A stretch of DNA of 64,000 nucleotides from positions 1,014 to 65,013 of IMG/VR virus record IMGVR_UViG_3300031576_000031; one strand, 5' to 3'. Each line of letters starts with the position of its first letter. Within the stretch, counting starts at the first letter, position 1. The notes beneath the pieces were generated by a model. The model worked only from the letters and a program-made list of their open reading frames with translations. It was not told the DNA's origin and did not search any database. Position numbers and translations under genes: made by a program. Shown here one piece after another: positions 25,710 through 36,800 of this stretch. The stretch is from a virus.

Positions 25710-26704
25710 ACGATTACGTCGTGATGATTGTTCTCTCTTATACCAAGAGCACTGATACGGATAAACTCAGGATTTCTACGAAGCTCGGAAAGATTTCTTG
25801 CGCCTTGGTAGGATAGACCGGAACGAATACCCTCTGCCAGCCTCTTAATGACGTGTAGAAGGGGTCCTCTGGCTGGGACCAGAGCCTTCACACCCTCAAT
25901 ATGACTGTTCTTATGCGTGCTGCTTCCTTCATAACGTCTGTATTTCTTGCCATCAATTTCCACAACCTGACCGGGGGTTTCATCCGAGCCAGCGATAAGA
26001 TTGCCCACCATAACGGCGTCTGAGAAACAGAGAGCTTTAACGATATCTCCAGAATTCTTGATCCCACCATCAGCAATGATCCCGAACTTGCCGCTACACG
26101 CCATGCGGTAGTTATATACGTCTTCAAGTGCGGTTAGTTGTGGAACACCATTGCCGGTTTCGATTCTAGTCGTACAAAGACTCCCTGGTCCAATACCAAC
26201 TCTGATCGCATCCGCACCAGCATCGACAAGTCTTTTCGCACCCTCAAGCGTCGATACATTCCCAGCTACAAGGATGACATCTGGGTATTTCTTGGCGATA
26301 TAATGAACCATATCAAATGCCATCTTGCTATCTCCATGAGCAAGATCAACACAAATATGCTTAATGCCAATCAAGATCAGAGCATCCGCTCTCACCTTCT
26401 CGCCATCCCTCGCTCCAACCGAACATCCCACTGTCTCTCTAAATGGCATCACGCCTTGCACATTCTCTTCTACCGACATGAAACGATGGACAAAGCCATA
26501 TCCACCCAGACAGGCCATGGCATGGGCTACAAAGCCGTCTGTGACGGTCTTCATGTTGGCCGAAATGATCGGCAGGGAGAGCCGAAAATCCTTCTTCTCG
26601 CATAGAACAGTCGATAAATCAATTGACGATCTTGACTCAATACTCGAAAACTTGGGTACTAAGAGAACATCGTCGAAGGTCAGACCATCATTTCTTAGGT
26701 TCAT
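25706..26704 (-). CDS. IMP dehydrogenase / GMP reductase family protein without CBS domains
   Basis: [27 protein letters not shown] catalytic loop, [15 protein letters not shown]. Confidence 0.92.
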   Translation of the reverse strand: MNLRNDGLTFDDVLLVPKFSSIESRSSIDLSTVLCEKKDFRLSLPIISANMKTVTDGFVAHAMACLGGYGFVHRFMSVEENVQGVMPFRETVGCSVGARDGEKVRADALILIGIKHICVDLAHGDSKMAFDMVHYIAKKYPDVILVAGNVSTLEGAKRLVDAGADAIRVGIGPGSLCTTRIETGNGVPQLTALEDVYNYRMACSGKFGIIADGGIKNSGDIVKALCFSDAVMVGNLIAGSDETPGQVVEIDGKKYRRYEGSSTHKNSHIEGVKALVPARGPLLHVIKRLAEGIRSGLSYQGARNLSELRRNPEFIRISALGIRENNHHDVIV

Positions 26705-27107
26705 ATTTTTGCGCCTTTTCTAATCCTTTCAGATCCTTATACCATTGCAGGGCTCTTGCCATATATCGTTCAAAATCCATAAATCTATTATCGCTATTTC
26801 TCTTCCATTCTGCTTTCCCGCGCATAGATAAGTCTTGTTTCACCAACTCCCTCCAATCATCCATTCTCTCTTCACGACGAGCCCTTACCAGTTTCTTGAT
26901 AACATTGAGATATTGATATCTAGCCATTAATCTCTCGATGTAATGAGTTGATGGCATTTGTATCCTACAACCGCCAAATTTCTTTAAGAATTTCAAGAAT
27001 AATTCTTCACCAAGAAACTCGTACAGCTCAAGCAACTCGTCATTGCGATAACGATAGCAAAGATAGAGAAGTATCTGATGTGGAGTATACTCGGTTTCGT
27101 TCATCAA
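26688..27107 (-). CDS. Mor/C-like transcription activator
   Basis: LGEELFLKFLKKFGGCRIQMP resembles the Mor-family G.E...L...FGG..IY.P motif. Confidence 0.55.
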   Translation of the reverse strand: MMNETEYTPHQILLYLCYRYRNDELLELYEFLGEELFLKFLKKFGGCRIQMPSTHYIERLMARYQYLNVIKKLVRARREERMDDWRELVKQDLSMRGKAEWKRNSDNRFMDFERYMARALQWYKDLKGLEKAQKYEPKK

Positions 27108-27748
27108 TGGCTATCGATCAATTCGTCTTTATATTCCTCGAAGACTTCTTTGATTCTAGCCAAGATGATATGATAAGTACGTTTAACTGGATCTGCTTTA
27201 GGACCGCGTTCTTTGAAGAACTCTTGACAATTTCTATATTTCTTTCCGATCATTATAAGATCCAGAAGAATTATCGCACGTCTCATTGATACTTTATTAT
27301 CGAATCTCAGCTTTATCCAATCAATCATGTGGTCCCTGATTTCCATAAACCTCAGAGTTTTTCTATATGAGTCTTGCTTCGCTATAAATTCCACTTTAAC
27401 ATCTGTAATCGGGATGGTATGGGATAGTTGTCTCGTCTCTTTCTTCAAATAAGCTAAAGCTGAATTACGAAGAAGTCTGAAGAAGTAGCCCGTGGGGTCT
27501 GCGATATCCCCACACATATATGCCTTGGTAAGATAGGCTTTCTTACTAAGAATACTTACTACGAATTCGGATTTCATATCCTCTTGAGATGTCTTGGAAT
27601 ACTTCTCAAGTGTAAGTTCTATCGGATGCTTCAATATAGCTAATAGATCCGTAGTAGCAGACTCGTCATTAATATTCTTATCCAGCCTGATGAAAATATC
27701 CTTCAGCTTCTCGTTATTGAGTGCGATAGACATTAATTGATCCGCCAA
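27104..27748 (-). CDS. Sigma-factor-like protein
   Basis: QEDMKSE...GYFFRLLRNSALAYLKKE resembles sigma region 2. Confidence 0.5.
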   Translation of the reverse strand: MADQLMSIALNNEKLKDIFIRLDKNINDESATTDLLAILKHPIELTLEKYSKTSQEDMKSEFVVSILSKKAYLTKAYMCGDIADPTGYFFRLLRNSALAYLKKETRQLSHTIPITDVKVEFIAKQDSYRKTLRFMEIRDHMIDWIKLRFDNKVSMRRAIILLDLIMIGKKYRNCQEFFKERGPKADPVKRTYHIILARIKEVFEEYKDELIDSH

Positions 27749-28098
27749 GCGGCTCTTAGTTTTCTACAAACCATCGTACGGGTCTTATCGTCAAATGGAG
27801 CACCAGAAAGACAAGACATCAGAACCGAGAACTGTTGATGGTTCATATTGCCTTTGGCTCTATTACACAATTGGCATACAAGATGAAGATTGCTTTCAAT
27901 ATCAGGCCCACCTTTAGAAAGAGGTTGCTTGTGGTCCAATCCGACATTGCCAGCCTCAAGCGCAATACCGCAATAAGGGCATTCTTTGTATTTCATAGCC
28001 CATTCAAGATTAACTCTAAAGACACCGCCACGCTTCTTCAACCAGAAATTCCAATGGCTTACTTTTGATCGCCAGTGCTTAATTTGTTTGTCCCCCAT
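27733..28098 (-). CDS. HNH endonuclease
   Basis: CPYCG...LDHKQPLSKGG...NLHLVCQLCNRAKG. Confidence 0.9.
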   Translation of the reverse strand: MGDKQIKHWRSKVSHWNFWLKKRGGVFRVNLEWAMKYKECPYCGIALEAGNVGLDHKQPLSKGGPDIESNLHLVCQLCNRAKGNMNHQQFSVLMSCLSGAPFDDKTRTMVCRKLRAAWRIN

Positions 28099-28423
28099 CT
28101 TTATCTCCCATCAAAGGATCTGCCCAGTCAACTTCTATAATACCAGCATTAGAGCTGGTATATGAAGTATCGCTATCATTTGTAAATGCCGGAGGATGTC
28201 GAGGCTTGATGATCTTTGTCTCTTCGTCACTAGGATTCTTATAGCCACACTTATCTTTCATAGTCTTATCCCTCCGCTGGATATCGGGTATGTGCGAGGG
28301 TTGGCATGAGGGACAAACTAGCTCAACAGAATTGAATAATGGAACCTCAATCATTACCGTATCGCAATAGACTTGAATGCCGTCCATTGTCAGGACTTTA
28401 TTGGGACATCTTTTCTCTTCCAT
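28079..28423 (-). CDS. Hypothetical protein
   Basis: 114 aa with Cys pairs. Confidence 0.55.
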   Translation of the reverse strand: MEEKRCPNKVLTMDGIQVYCDTVMIEVPLFNSVELVCPSCQPSHIPDIQRRDKTMKDKCGYKNPSDEETKIIKPRHPPAFTNDSDTSYTSSNAGIIEVDWADPLMGDKDGGQTN

Positions 28424-30225
28424 ATCCTACTCTTTCCCTCAATTTTCTCGATAACGATTACATTATCAAACGAAGATAACAGAGACTCGTTATGAGTTAT
28501 AACGAAGATATTCTTAAAACGTTCGGATTCTTTGTGTAAAAGCGCGATTATTCTTTCGCAACCACTCTCATCTAATCTCTCAAATGCTTCGTCGAAGATA
28601 ATGAGTCCTGGGTTCCTGCCGGAATACTCCCTGATAAGATCGTTAACGGCAAGCATCACACATAACTCTATTCTCTGACGTTCGCCTGCGGAGTTCCCAT
28701 CGTAATTCCTCGCGCCATGATTATTTAGGACCCTTACCTCGAATTTCTCTCTCATCTCACCGCTTTTTAGTCCGGTCTGGGCCGAGAACTCTATCTTAAA
28801 ACTGCCATCAGTCACAATGTCGGAGTAGTATGTAGCTCTTGAATTCAGAAATGGAATAATAGAGTCTAAGAGATAGCTCTTAATCCCACCATTGCCGAAT
28901 CCAGTCACCCAGAAATCAACTACTGCAAGCTCGTTCTCTATAGCTACAATCTCGTCTATTAATATCTTTACTCGTTGTCTCCTCTGCTCAGTATCCTTGA
29001 TGAAGTTATCTAGGATCTGATGGGCGACGTCATCATTGACGCTAGCAATGTTCTTATTCTCCGTTTCTTTGCGTTCTATCGACTTTGTAAGTTCCTCTAT
29101 TTCCTTGCCAAGAGTCCTGAAAGAGTCAGCTTCAGAGTGCGGCACTGCCGCCGTCAGATTCTCTTCCTTCAGAGTTTTCAACTCACCTTCAAGTTGTACC
29201 ATCTCATCGTTAATAAGGAAGATATTATTCTCAATCTTTCCTATATCTCTCGCATAAAGAGCGGCCAACTCGGCACCCTTTATTTCCGTTACTTGATTCC
29301 CGCAAAGAGGACATATAGAATCGGACTTGATATGCTCAAGGTGGTCTTTGACTTTTGTTTCCTCATGCTGACTCTTACTCTTTTCGTCTTTGAGATATTT
29401 TAGACGGGAACTGATCTCAAATAGGCGCTTCTTGTTGGCATCATATTTCGAGATCGAAACTTTATTGTCTTCTATACTCTTACACAATTCTTCATATCTG
29501 GCTTTCTTTTCGATTAAGGAACTTCTTAGAACATCAAGATTCATGGTATTGGTCTGTAGCGATGTTTCGCGTTCAAGACGACCCTTTTCGATCCTACTCG
29601 AATACTCGAAAATCAATAGCGCCCCCGAGGCCACTGCCTCCTCACATTTCTTTCTTTCTGCATCCTTGAGAATGATAGAATCAGTCAATTCTTTTGATCT
29701 ATCCCTCGCCAACTCGTGCGCTAGATCATAATAATCGAAATTAAGGATACTCCCAAATATCACCTTCTTCTCTGAGTCGCTAGTTTTAATGAATCTGAGA
29801 GTATCCTGTCCGAACATCACACAGGAAGAGAAGGTCTTGAAATCAAGCCCAAGATACTTGTCGATCTGGTCTTGAGTGATTGTTTGAGTGAGAGCATTTA
29901 CTGGTGCGCCAGAAATGATGAGTGACAGAGAGGTCTTCCCCCTGGAACGTTCTCTGAGGATTGCGTCTCCGTTAGTCATCTCGATGAAAACCGTAGCCTT
30001 CTTCGCGCCATTACGGATTACGTCATCGTGAGCGATATCCCTAAAAGTCTTGCCATATAGGCCCCAATAGAGTGCATCGAAAAGTGAACTCTTCCCAGCG
30101 CCATTACTTGAAGCGCATTGAACATCCTTATTCAGACCATAAATGCCGACAAGACCACTATTGAGACTTAATTCCGCCTCACCAATCGATAAGAAATTAC
30201 TTATTTTTATTCGTTTGAAATCCAT
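28390..30225 (-). CDS. sbcC: SbcC/Rad50/gp46-like ATPase
   Basis: NFLSIG, SNGAGKSS Walker A, CPLCG zinc hook, NSAGERQR signature, IIFDEAF, VITH. Confidence 0.93.
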   Translation of the reverse strand: MDFKRIKISNFLSIGEAELSLNSGLVGIYGLNKDVQCASSNGAGKSSLFDALYWGLYGKTFRDIAHDDVIRNGAKKATVFIEMTNGDAILRERSRGKTSLSLIISGAPVNALTQTITQDQIDKYLGLDFKTFSSCVMFGQDTLRFIKTSDSEKKVIFGSILNFDYYDLAHELARDRSKELTDSIILKDAERKKCEEAVASGALLIFEYSSRIEKGRLERETSLQTNTMNLDVLRSSLIEKKARYEELCKSIEDNKVSISKYDANKKRLFEISSRLKYLKDEKSKSQHEETKVKDHLEHIKSDSICPLCGNQVTEIKGAELAALYARDIGKIENNIFLINDEMVQLEGELKTLKEENLTAAVPHSEADSFRTLGKEIEELTKSIERKETENKNIASVNDDVAHQILDNFIKDTEQRRQRVKILIDEIVAIENELAVVDFWVTGFGNGGIKSYLLDSIIPFLNSRATYYSDIVTDGSFKIEFSAQTGLKSGEMREKFEVRVLNNHGARNYDGNSAGERQRIELCVMLAVNDLIREYSGRNPGLIIFDEAFERLDESGCERIIALLHKESERFKNIFVITHNESLLSSFDNVIVIEKIEGKSRIWKRKDVPIKS

Positions 30226-31273
30226 TATAGGTTTTAGCCATGTCCATTAGCATCACGCCATAATCATACACCTTCTCATCGGTTACTTTCTTGGTTTTAA
30301 TATATTCTTTAAGAAGCTCTCGATAATCGGTCATATCCCTCATATCCACTCTCTCATCGACTTTATTAACAACATCCCTTATTAAGATGTTACGGTTAAC
30401 TTTTAATAGGCTCGGATCTAATTCAGAATCCTTTAATAGACAAACATAGCGGTTCTTTAACATATCGGCGGTGGCCTTACTACTTTCGATCTTCACAAAT
30501 TCCTTGTATTTATTAGGATAGAAATTGATGAATCCTGCATCATAGTCAAGTACCCAATACCCCCTTCTTGATCCACAATCCCCGAAATTATGGTGTATGG
30601 GGGCTCCGGGTATAATAAGAGTATTATATTCTTCAAATGTATTGCAAGTCTCACCCTCTGGACTATATTCAAAATCTTTGTGATACAGGGCTGGGTTGTG
30701 GTAATGACCACAGAACACGATACCAGCCAATCCTAGCAGCGCATTGGCGTCATGCTCACTGCGGCAGTCAATGAAGTCTGCGCCCATTCTAGCGCCCTTT
30801 ATACCCAAATGGAGCAGCATTATGTCGGCTTTGGAGTCCTTATTGATCGTAGAGCCATAGGGCGTTCCTATAATCCTTTTACCAGCGATCTCAACCTCAT
30901 ATCCATCATATGAATCTAATATAGTTATATTCTCACTCCCCAAGACTCTACTGGAGTGATACTCACCTAGTTTGACAGATTGATCGTGGTTCCCCGGGAT
31001 CATGACAATAGGTATATCATAATTCCTTAATGTTCTGGACGCCAGATCAAGTGTCTCGGCCGCTATCATGCGAGTATGAAAGAAGTCTCCTGCAAAGAGC
31101 ACGGCATCGCATTTGCTGGCTACTGCCGCATCTAGCACACTACTGAGAACGTCAGCGATTTCTAACAGACGGGTATTCAACCCCTCGTTGTTGATGCTGG
31201 AGAATTGTGGGAATGGGTGTAAATGAAGATCACTAAAGATAACAAATTTAGCCATCTGCTTCCTGCCCACCAT
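30197..31273 (-). CDS. sbcD: SbcD/Mre11/gp47-like nuclease
   Basis: SDLH, AGDFFH, PGNHD, GHYH; adjacent to SbcC. Confidence 0.92.
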   Translation of the reverse strand: MVGRKQMAKFVIFSDLHLHPFPQFSSINNEGLNTRLLEIADVLSSVLDAAVASKCDAVLFAGDFFHTRMIAAETLDLASRTLRNYDIPIVMIPGNHDQSVKLGEYHSSRVLGSENITILDSYDGYEVEIAGKRIIGTPYGSTINKDSKADIMLLHLGIKGARMGADFIDCRSEHDANALLGLAGIVFCGHYHNPALYHKDFEYSPEGETCNTFEEYNTLIIPGAPIHHNFGDCGSRRGYWVLDYDAGFINFYPNKYKEFVKIESSKATADMLKNRYVCLLKDSELDPSLLKVNRNILIRDVVNKVDERVDMRDMTDYRELLKEYIKTKKVTDEKVYDYGVMLMDMAKTYNGFQTNKNK

Positions 31274-31559
31274 TCTCGTACTGATTACTATTGTCTGGAA
31301 GAAAGAGGACGTTGAGATAATATAATGGATTTTTCTCGTCGTCGTCTCTTGTAATCGAGGAAGCCTTAATATCGGGCCATTTGGAGAATATTGACATGAT
31401 AATCTCGCCGGTACGGATTTTAGCAGTAGGCTTTATCATGAATGTAATAAGCTCGAATCCGATAAAGACTACTTCGTGCTGTACGCCCTTCTCGGTAAGG
31501 AACTGGTCAATCAGATCAGCCCTAGATGTTATCTCCCGACGACGGTATTCCAGATCCAT
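31248..31559 (-). CDS. Hypothetical protein
   Basis: 103 aa between recA and sbcD. Confidence 0.6.
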   Translation of the reverse strand: MDLEYRRREITSRADLIDQFLTEKGVQHEVVFIGFELITFMIKPTAKIRTGEIIMSIFSKWPDIKASSITRDDDEKNPLYYLNVLFLPDNSNQYENGGQEADG

Positions 31560-32517
31560 AAATCCATTCTTTCAGTAATTCAGGATTCTCCTCACACGCC
31601 TTGGCTATTTCCTTGTCATCATATTTCTTATCGTGGTACTTGAAATAGCCTCCATTAATTGATTCCACCCTCTTAGCCGCGATGAGCATATCGACTAGAC
31701 CGGTCCAAACATCATACCCTACTTCTGGACGGATATCAATCTCGGCCTTACGGAATTGCGGGCCAACCTTATTCTTGAATATTGTTAAAGCTGCCTTCTG
31801 ACCCTGGTAGACGCCATCATCCTTCAATTGCTTGCCACGATTGATTTGGATACGTAGAGAGGCGTGGAATTTCAACCCACGTCCACCTGGGCTCTCTTCT
31901 TTGTTCCCATAAACAATCCCGATCTTTTCTCGTACTTGATTGATACAGAACAAGGTCACATTCTGTTCTGTCAACCAAATTGTAAGCTGGCGAAAGAATT
32001 CTGACATAGCCTTGGCTCTTGAGCCCATATTACTCTTTGGAATAAGAGCCCCTTTGTCTTCCCATTCTCCATCTGAAGTAGTGGCCGCGATGGAATCCCA
32101 AATGATTAAGATTGGGCACTCCTTATCCACTCCCCGAATCTCATTGACCTTTTCTATGATTTCAGCCTTGATCTCTTCAACAGTTTTGCCATCGCCAAGA
32201 ATGAATAGCTCATGGTTAACTCCAACTTGTTCCATGAATTCCCTTGGTGCCGTGGCCTCTACATCAAAGAGTATTACGATTCCTCCTACGTTCTGAAAGG
32301 CTTTAGCTACGGTCCAAGCTAGTAATGATTTGCCGCTTGACTCATTGCCATAAATCTCAACTATTCTTCCAAGCGGAATGCCATTACCTATAGCCAGATC
32401 AAGGGCATGAAGACCCGTCCGAAGCCATCTCACTTCCGGCATTCTCTTGTATTTACCTATGATGCTGAGAAGTTCGGATTTCAGCGAGCCGGTATTGACT
32501 ATCTTTCTCTTTTTCAT
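31522..32517 (-). CDS. recA: RecA/UvsX recombinase
   Basis: GRIVEIYGNESSGKS, IWDSIAA, INQVREKIG, PGGRGLKFHAS, KNKVGP. Confidence 0.95.
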   Translation of the reverse strand: MKKRKIVNTGSLKSELLSIIGKYKRMPEVRWLRTGLHALDLAIGNGIPLGRIVEIYGNESSGKSLLAWTVAKAFQNVGGIVILFDVEATAPREFMEQVGVNHELFILGDGKTVEEIKAEIIEKVNEIRGVDKECPILIIWDSIAATTSDGEWEDKGALIPKSNMGSRAKAMSEFFRQLTIWLTEQNVTLFCINQVREKIGIVYGNKEESPGGRGLKFHASLRIQINRGKQLKDDGVYQGQKAALTIFKNKVGPQFRKAEIDIRPEVGYDVWTGLVDMLIAAKRVESINGGYFKYHDKKYDDKEIAKACEENPELLKEWIYGSGIPSSGDNI

Positions 32518-32531
32518 TGCGGCTTAAAATG

Positions 32532-32564
32532 GGTCATGCAGGGCTACAATCACCCTGCATGACC
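32532..32564 (-). terminator. Terminator-like hairpin between SSB and recA
   Basis: 12-bp arms GGTCATGCAGGG/CCCTGCATGACC followed by CATTTT on the minus strand. Confidence 0.55.
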
Positions 32565-32600
32565 AGAACTCCAGTATCCCTACCTATAAGAAAGACGGGC

Positions 32601-33395
32601 TCACTTAGCTGCCGCCTTCCGGAGTCGTTCCAATGTCTCGGAAAGAGAACTCTTCTTCTCCTCATCCTTCTTCGTTGCGGAAGCAGTAGGCGGAGGACTT
32701 GTTTCCGTCTTTTCTCCACCACGGACATCTTCGATCTTCAGCGTACCATGTAGAAGACCGTTCAGGACCTCATAAGGTAGCAATTCCTTCGCAGTGTATT
32801 CAGATAGATTAATCATCTTACTCTTAACGTCTTCCCAGTTCTCAATTACGCTTTGTAGACGGGAGAGAGTAACGGTATAGGTTGTTGTCATCTTCTCACC
32901 GTTCTTCGTGAGCTTAAAATTCAAGCCCTTGATGGGATCGGTAAAATCTCCATATTCCGCATCGGCAAAGTATGCTAGGAATTGATTACGGATCTGTGGC
33001 CCAAATTCGAAGAAATATACATTGCCATCATGATGTCCGTCCTTGTCGATTGTGAGGGCGTTAGAAATGAAACGTACCTTGGCCTTCTTCTCATTGGCCT
33101 CATTCCAAGCCGACTTGTCCTTACTGGTGAACAACATACTGACATACTCACAGATGGGGCAGGGTTTATTATAAGTCACCTTTGGGCATAGCAGAGCCTT
33201 CCCCTCTGCAATCTTGAAGTGACGGCCCGCTTGTACCCAAGCGGTATCAAGATCATTTACTGGTGGGAGAAGACGACCCTTGTTTTCACCCTTCTCAACA
33301 GGGAAGAAATTCGTCTTATTACCACGTTCTGCATCACGCTTCAGGGCATCCTCAAGTTGCGCCTTTGCTTTAGCGAGATCAACACCCATTGTCAA
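32601..33395 (-). CDS. T4 gp32-like single-stranded DNA-binding protein
   Basis: LLCPKVTYNKPCPICE and DFTDPIKGLNFKL; located next to recA. Confidence 0.8.
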   Translation of the reverse strand: MTMGVDLAKAKAQLEDALKRDAERGNKTNFFPVEKGENKGRLLPPVNDLDTAWVQAGRHFKIAEGKALLCPKVTYNKPCPICEYVSMLFTSKDKSAWNEANEKKAKVRFISNALTIDKDGHHDGNVYFFEFGPQIRNQFLAYFADAEYGDFTDPIKGLNFKLTKNGEKMTTTYTVTLSRLQSVIENWEDVKSKMINLSEYTAKELLPYEVLNGLLHGTLKIEDVRGGEKTETSPPPTASATKKDEEKKSSLSETLERLRKAAAK

Positions 33396-33416
33396 ATCTC
33401 CTCAAAATAAAAGTAA

Positions 33417-33833
33417 TTAAACACCAGTGTTCTCGAATTGACTGCGAAGATTGCCAGCAATTGATACTAGACAGTCCTTGCGTTGACGGAAGGCTTCAAG
33501 AACCATTGAAGCTCTTAATTCAGAGTCTCGCGCATCCATTACGGCCTTCTCGGCCTCAATGACCCTACCATCCAGCCGGATGATATTCTTGATCTGATCC
33601 TCTGGTGGTTTCTTGGCAGAAGCCTCTCTGATGTCCCTATCGACTGTCGCAACGACTCTCTCATACTCATTCTCTACCCGCTCCCGCTCCAGTCTGAAAT
33701 GGCTTGAAGCCAGAGCTACTTGAAGGAACTTCCCGGGATGAGTTGAGAGATCCTGATTGATCTTGTTGAAATCATCAGAAATGGTCAGATCGTTCAGATC
33801 CACTTCGCACGAGCCCAGATTGATCTTGTTCAT
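33417..33833 (-). CDS. UvsY-like recombination mediator (tentative)
   Basis: Helical, about 138 aa, ends LEAFRQRKDCLVSIAGNLR; position between polymerase and SSB. Confidence 0.45.
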   Translation of the reverse strand: MNKINLGSCEVDLNDLTISDDFNKINQDLSTHPGKFLQVALASSHFRLERERVENEYERVVATVDRDIREASAKKPPEDQIKNIIRLDGRVIEAEKAVMDARDSELRASMVLEAFRQRKDCLVSIAGNLRSQFENTGV

Positions 33834-36800
33834 ATTCGCCTCCTAAAATTGAGTAAACTCTTTTGAATTCTTTCAAACCTTTATCGAAAAGGCCCACCAT
33901 CTCATCCCTATTGGAATGTAGAACACTTGAGGGATGAACACAATACGTCAACCAACACTTCCTTTCCTTGTCCCATTCTGTTGTCCCCGATAGACTCATT
34001 ATTCCACTGTCTTTCCCCTTAAAATAATAAAGAGACTTGTTCCCGAGAACCAGCACCAGTATCGGCCTAATGATGTCGAAAAGAGTAGTCAGATGTCTAC
34101 AGCCATCGATATAGTCAGTAGACTTCAAAAAATTGCCTTGGGGCTTACAGTGCACGACATTATCTATGTATACGGAATTCCTACTGATTCCTAGATCCCT
34201 GAGTTTTGAGAATAAGACCTGACCGCTTTTCCCGATGAGCGGCTTTCCCTTCTGATCTTCATTGTATCCTGGTGCCTCTGCTACGATGAGTACGTTCTGT
34301 TTGCCCTTCTCAAACGGAACTGGGGCCTTACATCCTTGTCTAAGATCGCAGTCTGTACAGGTCTTGATGGCATCTCTAATCGAGTCCAGAAATTCTCTCT
34401 TAGGACTGATATTCCTTATGACTCTAAGATTACTTTCGATTAAGGCGACTCTAGTGAGATCCTGATGGGAATAGGCATTGAGAGTATTCCTATTAACCAC
34501 CGAAACAATATCGCCATCAACTACCTCGTAATTTTCTCCGAGAACCTTACATATATCTTTACATGTATCTTCTATTTCAGTAACGATACTACCGTCATAG
34601 TTGAGATAGTTCTCGACAATAGGCTCTAATTCCATCTCACGAGCCTTTATCTTAGCAGTTTCATGTTTCTCTTTGGTCCCATATGTCTCATAAATCTCGT
34701 CAAAATTGCGCTTGTAAAGATCGCTATCGGAAAGGCTATCAAACGCACCGGAATGTAGGAGAGACTTTATCACCCTCTTGTTGACTGTTCTCCTTCCTAC
34801 AAGACCCATGAATCCATCTATAGTTCTGAAGCTGGCCCCATTGGACTTCAACTTAAAGATTTCATCCTTGGCCTTCTCTCCGGCATATTTGACTTCTTGT
34901 AGACCAGCCCTGAGAGCTTTAGGACCGGCAACAGTCCACCCCGACATTGACTCTAGGATATCTGGTCCAAGAATCTCTATCCCTATCCTTCGGGCTTCTC
35001 TAAGAGCAGAATCGAGATTTGTTATCCCTTCACTACTTTCACGGTCAGTAGAACCATGACTAAGATAGGCACAGATATATTCAGTAGGATAATGGATTTT
35101 AAGATACATCGTCCAATATGTAAGAAGTCCATAAGCAACAGCATGGCTACGGTTGAACGAATATAATCCGAATCCAAGGAGTTTCTCCCAAAGAATTCCG
35201 GCCTGTTCCCCTGATAAGGATTTATTGACTACACATCCATCAATAAACCTCTGGGAATATTCCCTGATCTTCTCAATACCTTTAGACTTGGCAATAATCT
35301 TGCGGATCTTATCTGCTTCCGCAGGAGTAAAACCGGCCAGATTAACAAGCAACTGGCTAATCTGTTCCTGATAGATTAACTGTCCACGGGTCTTTTGGAC
35401 AATCTCTTTATATCCATTACTTAGATATACTGGTTCTTTCTTGCCATGACGTACGAGAATATAATCATTAGCTTGACCGGCCTGAATCGGCCCCGGACGC
35501 CATAACGCCGTCAGAGCGGCCACGTCTTCAAAACTCTGAGGCTTCAATTCCTTACAGTACGATGTAAGAGAAGGGGTATTGATTTGAAATACAGTTGCCG
35601 TTTCACCCCTGCCCATCGCCTCATAAGTCTTTTCATCAAACAATTCCAACTTCGATAGATCAAGATTAGTCCCATTTCTTCTAATCAGGATCAAGGCTTC
35701 TTGTATTACAGAGAGAGTTGATAAGCCTAAAATATCTATCTTGATATAACCAAGGTCTTCAAGATCGTCCTTGTCCCAATTGATCGATTTCTCTCCGTCA
35801 GTCCCACTCACCAAATAGCATCTATTTGATTCTAGTAGAGAATTATTACTGACTACGTATCCTGCGGCATGGACTCCTACGCCACGAATCTGTCCTTCTA
35901 ACTTACTCGCGGCCATGACGACATCAGGATATTTCTTGGCAAACCCTTGGAATTCCTTAGATGATTCAAGAGTATCCTCAATGACATTGAGGACTCTAGC
36001 ATCGCTCTCATGTCGATAGATCAATGATTTGGCCGCCACATCTACTTCTTGCAAAGGAATCTCGAAGATCCTTGATACATCTCTCAGCGCCGATCTCCCA
36101 TAGCAAGCACTAAAAGTTGAGACGTGAGCTACGTTTCCATCTCCATACTTCTGTTTTAGGTATCTTTCAATCAGATTGCGTTCATGTGCGGCGATGTCTA
36201 CATCGATGTCTGGGTGGTCCCGCCTATCTTCACTTATGAATCTCTCAAAGAGAAGATCATGTTTGATGGGATCTATCTCTGTGATACCTAATAGATACGA
36301 TACAAGGCACCCCCCGGCGCTTCCTCGCGCTGGCCCGACCATGATGCCTTGTCCTTTGGCCCAGTTGATTACATCGGCCACTAGGAGCATATAGCGGACG
36401 AATCCCTTCTTGATGATTAGCTTAGACTCCTTATCCAGCCTGATCCAATATTCATCTCTACCCTCTAATCCACGTCTCTTCAATCCCTCTGCGCATTGTT
36501 GAAGGAAATATTCGTTTTCGTCCTCGACCTTTACAGGACAGGGTAGATCCAATGGATACTTCTGAAGATCAAAGTAGCATTTCTCTGCTACCTCGTTGGT
36601 ATTGAAGATACTATTGTCGGCCACTTCAGAATCCATTCCCATTTTTAGCATGGAATCATACATATCATCCCCATCTCGGAAGTAGTTCCTATGGGTAGAG
36701 AACTTCCAACGATGAGGATTATTCCATGTCATACCATGCTGGCCGAGGCAGATTACAAGTTCGTGTATCTTCCAGTCTTCCTGCCCACAGTAATGAATGT

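Noticed and set aside
22840-26704. 7-deazaguanine or 2-aminoadenine DNA modification pathway
   Set aside because: No FolE, QueC, QueD, QueE, DpdA or PurZ motifs in the window; MazG and IMPDH-like genes alone do not support it.
32517-32753. Track ORFs 32517..32753 and 32534..32728
   Set aside because: They overlap the SSB C-terminus and the terminator hairpin; no independent coding signal.
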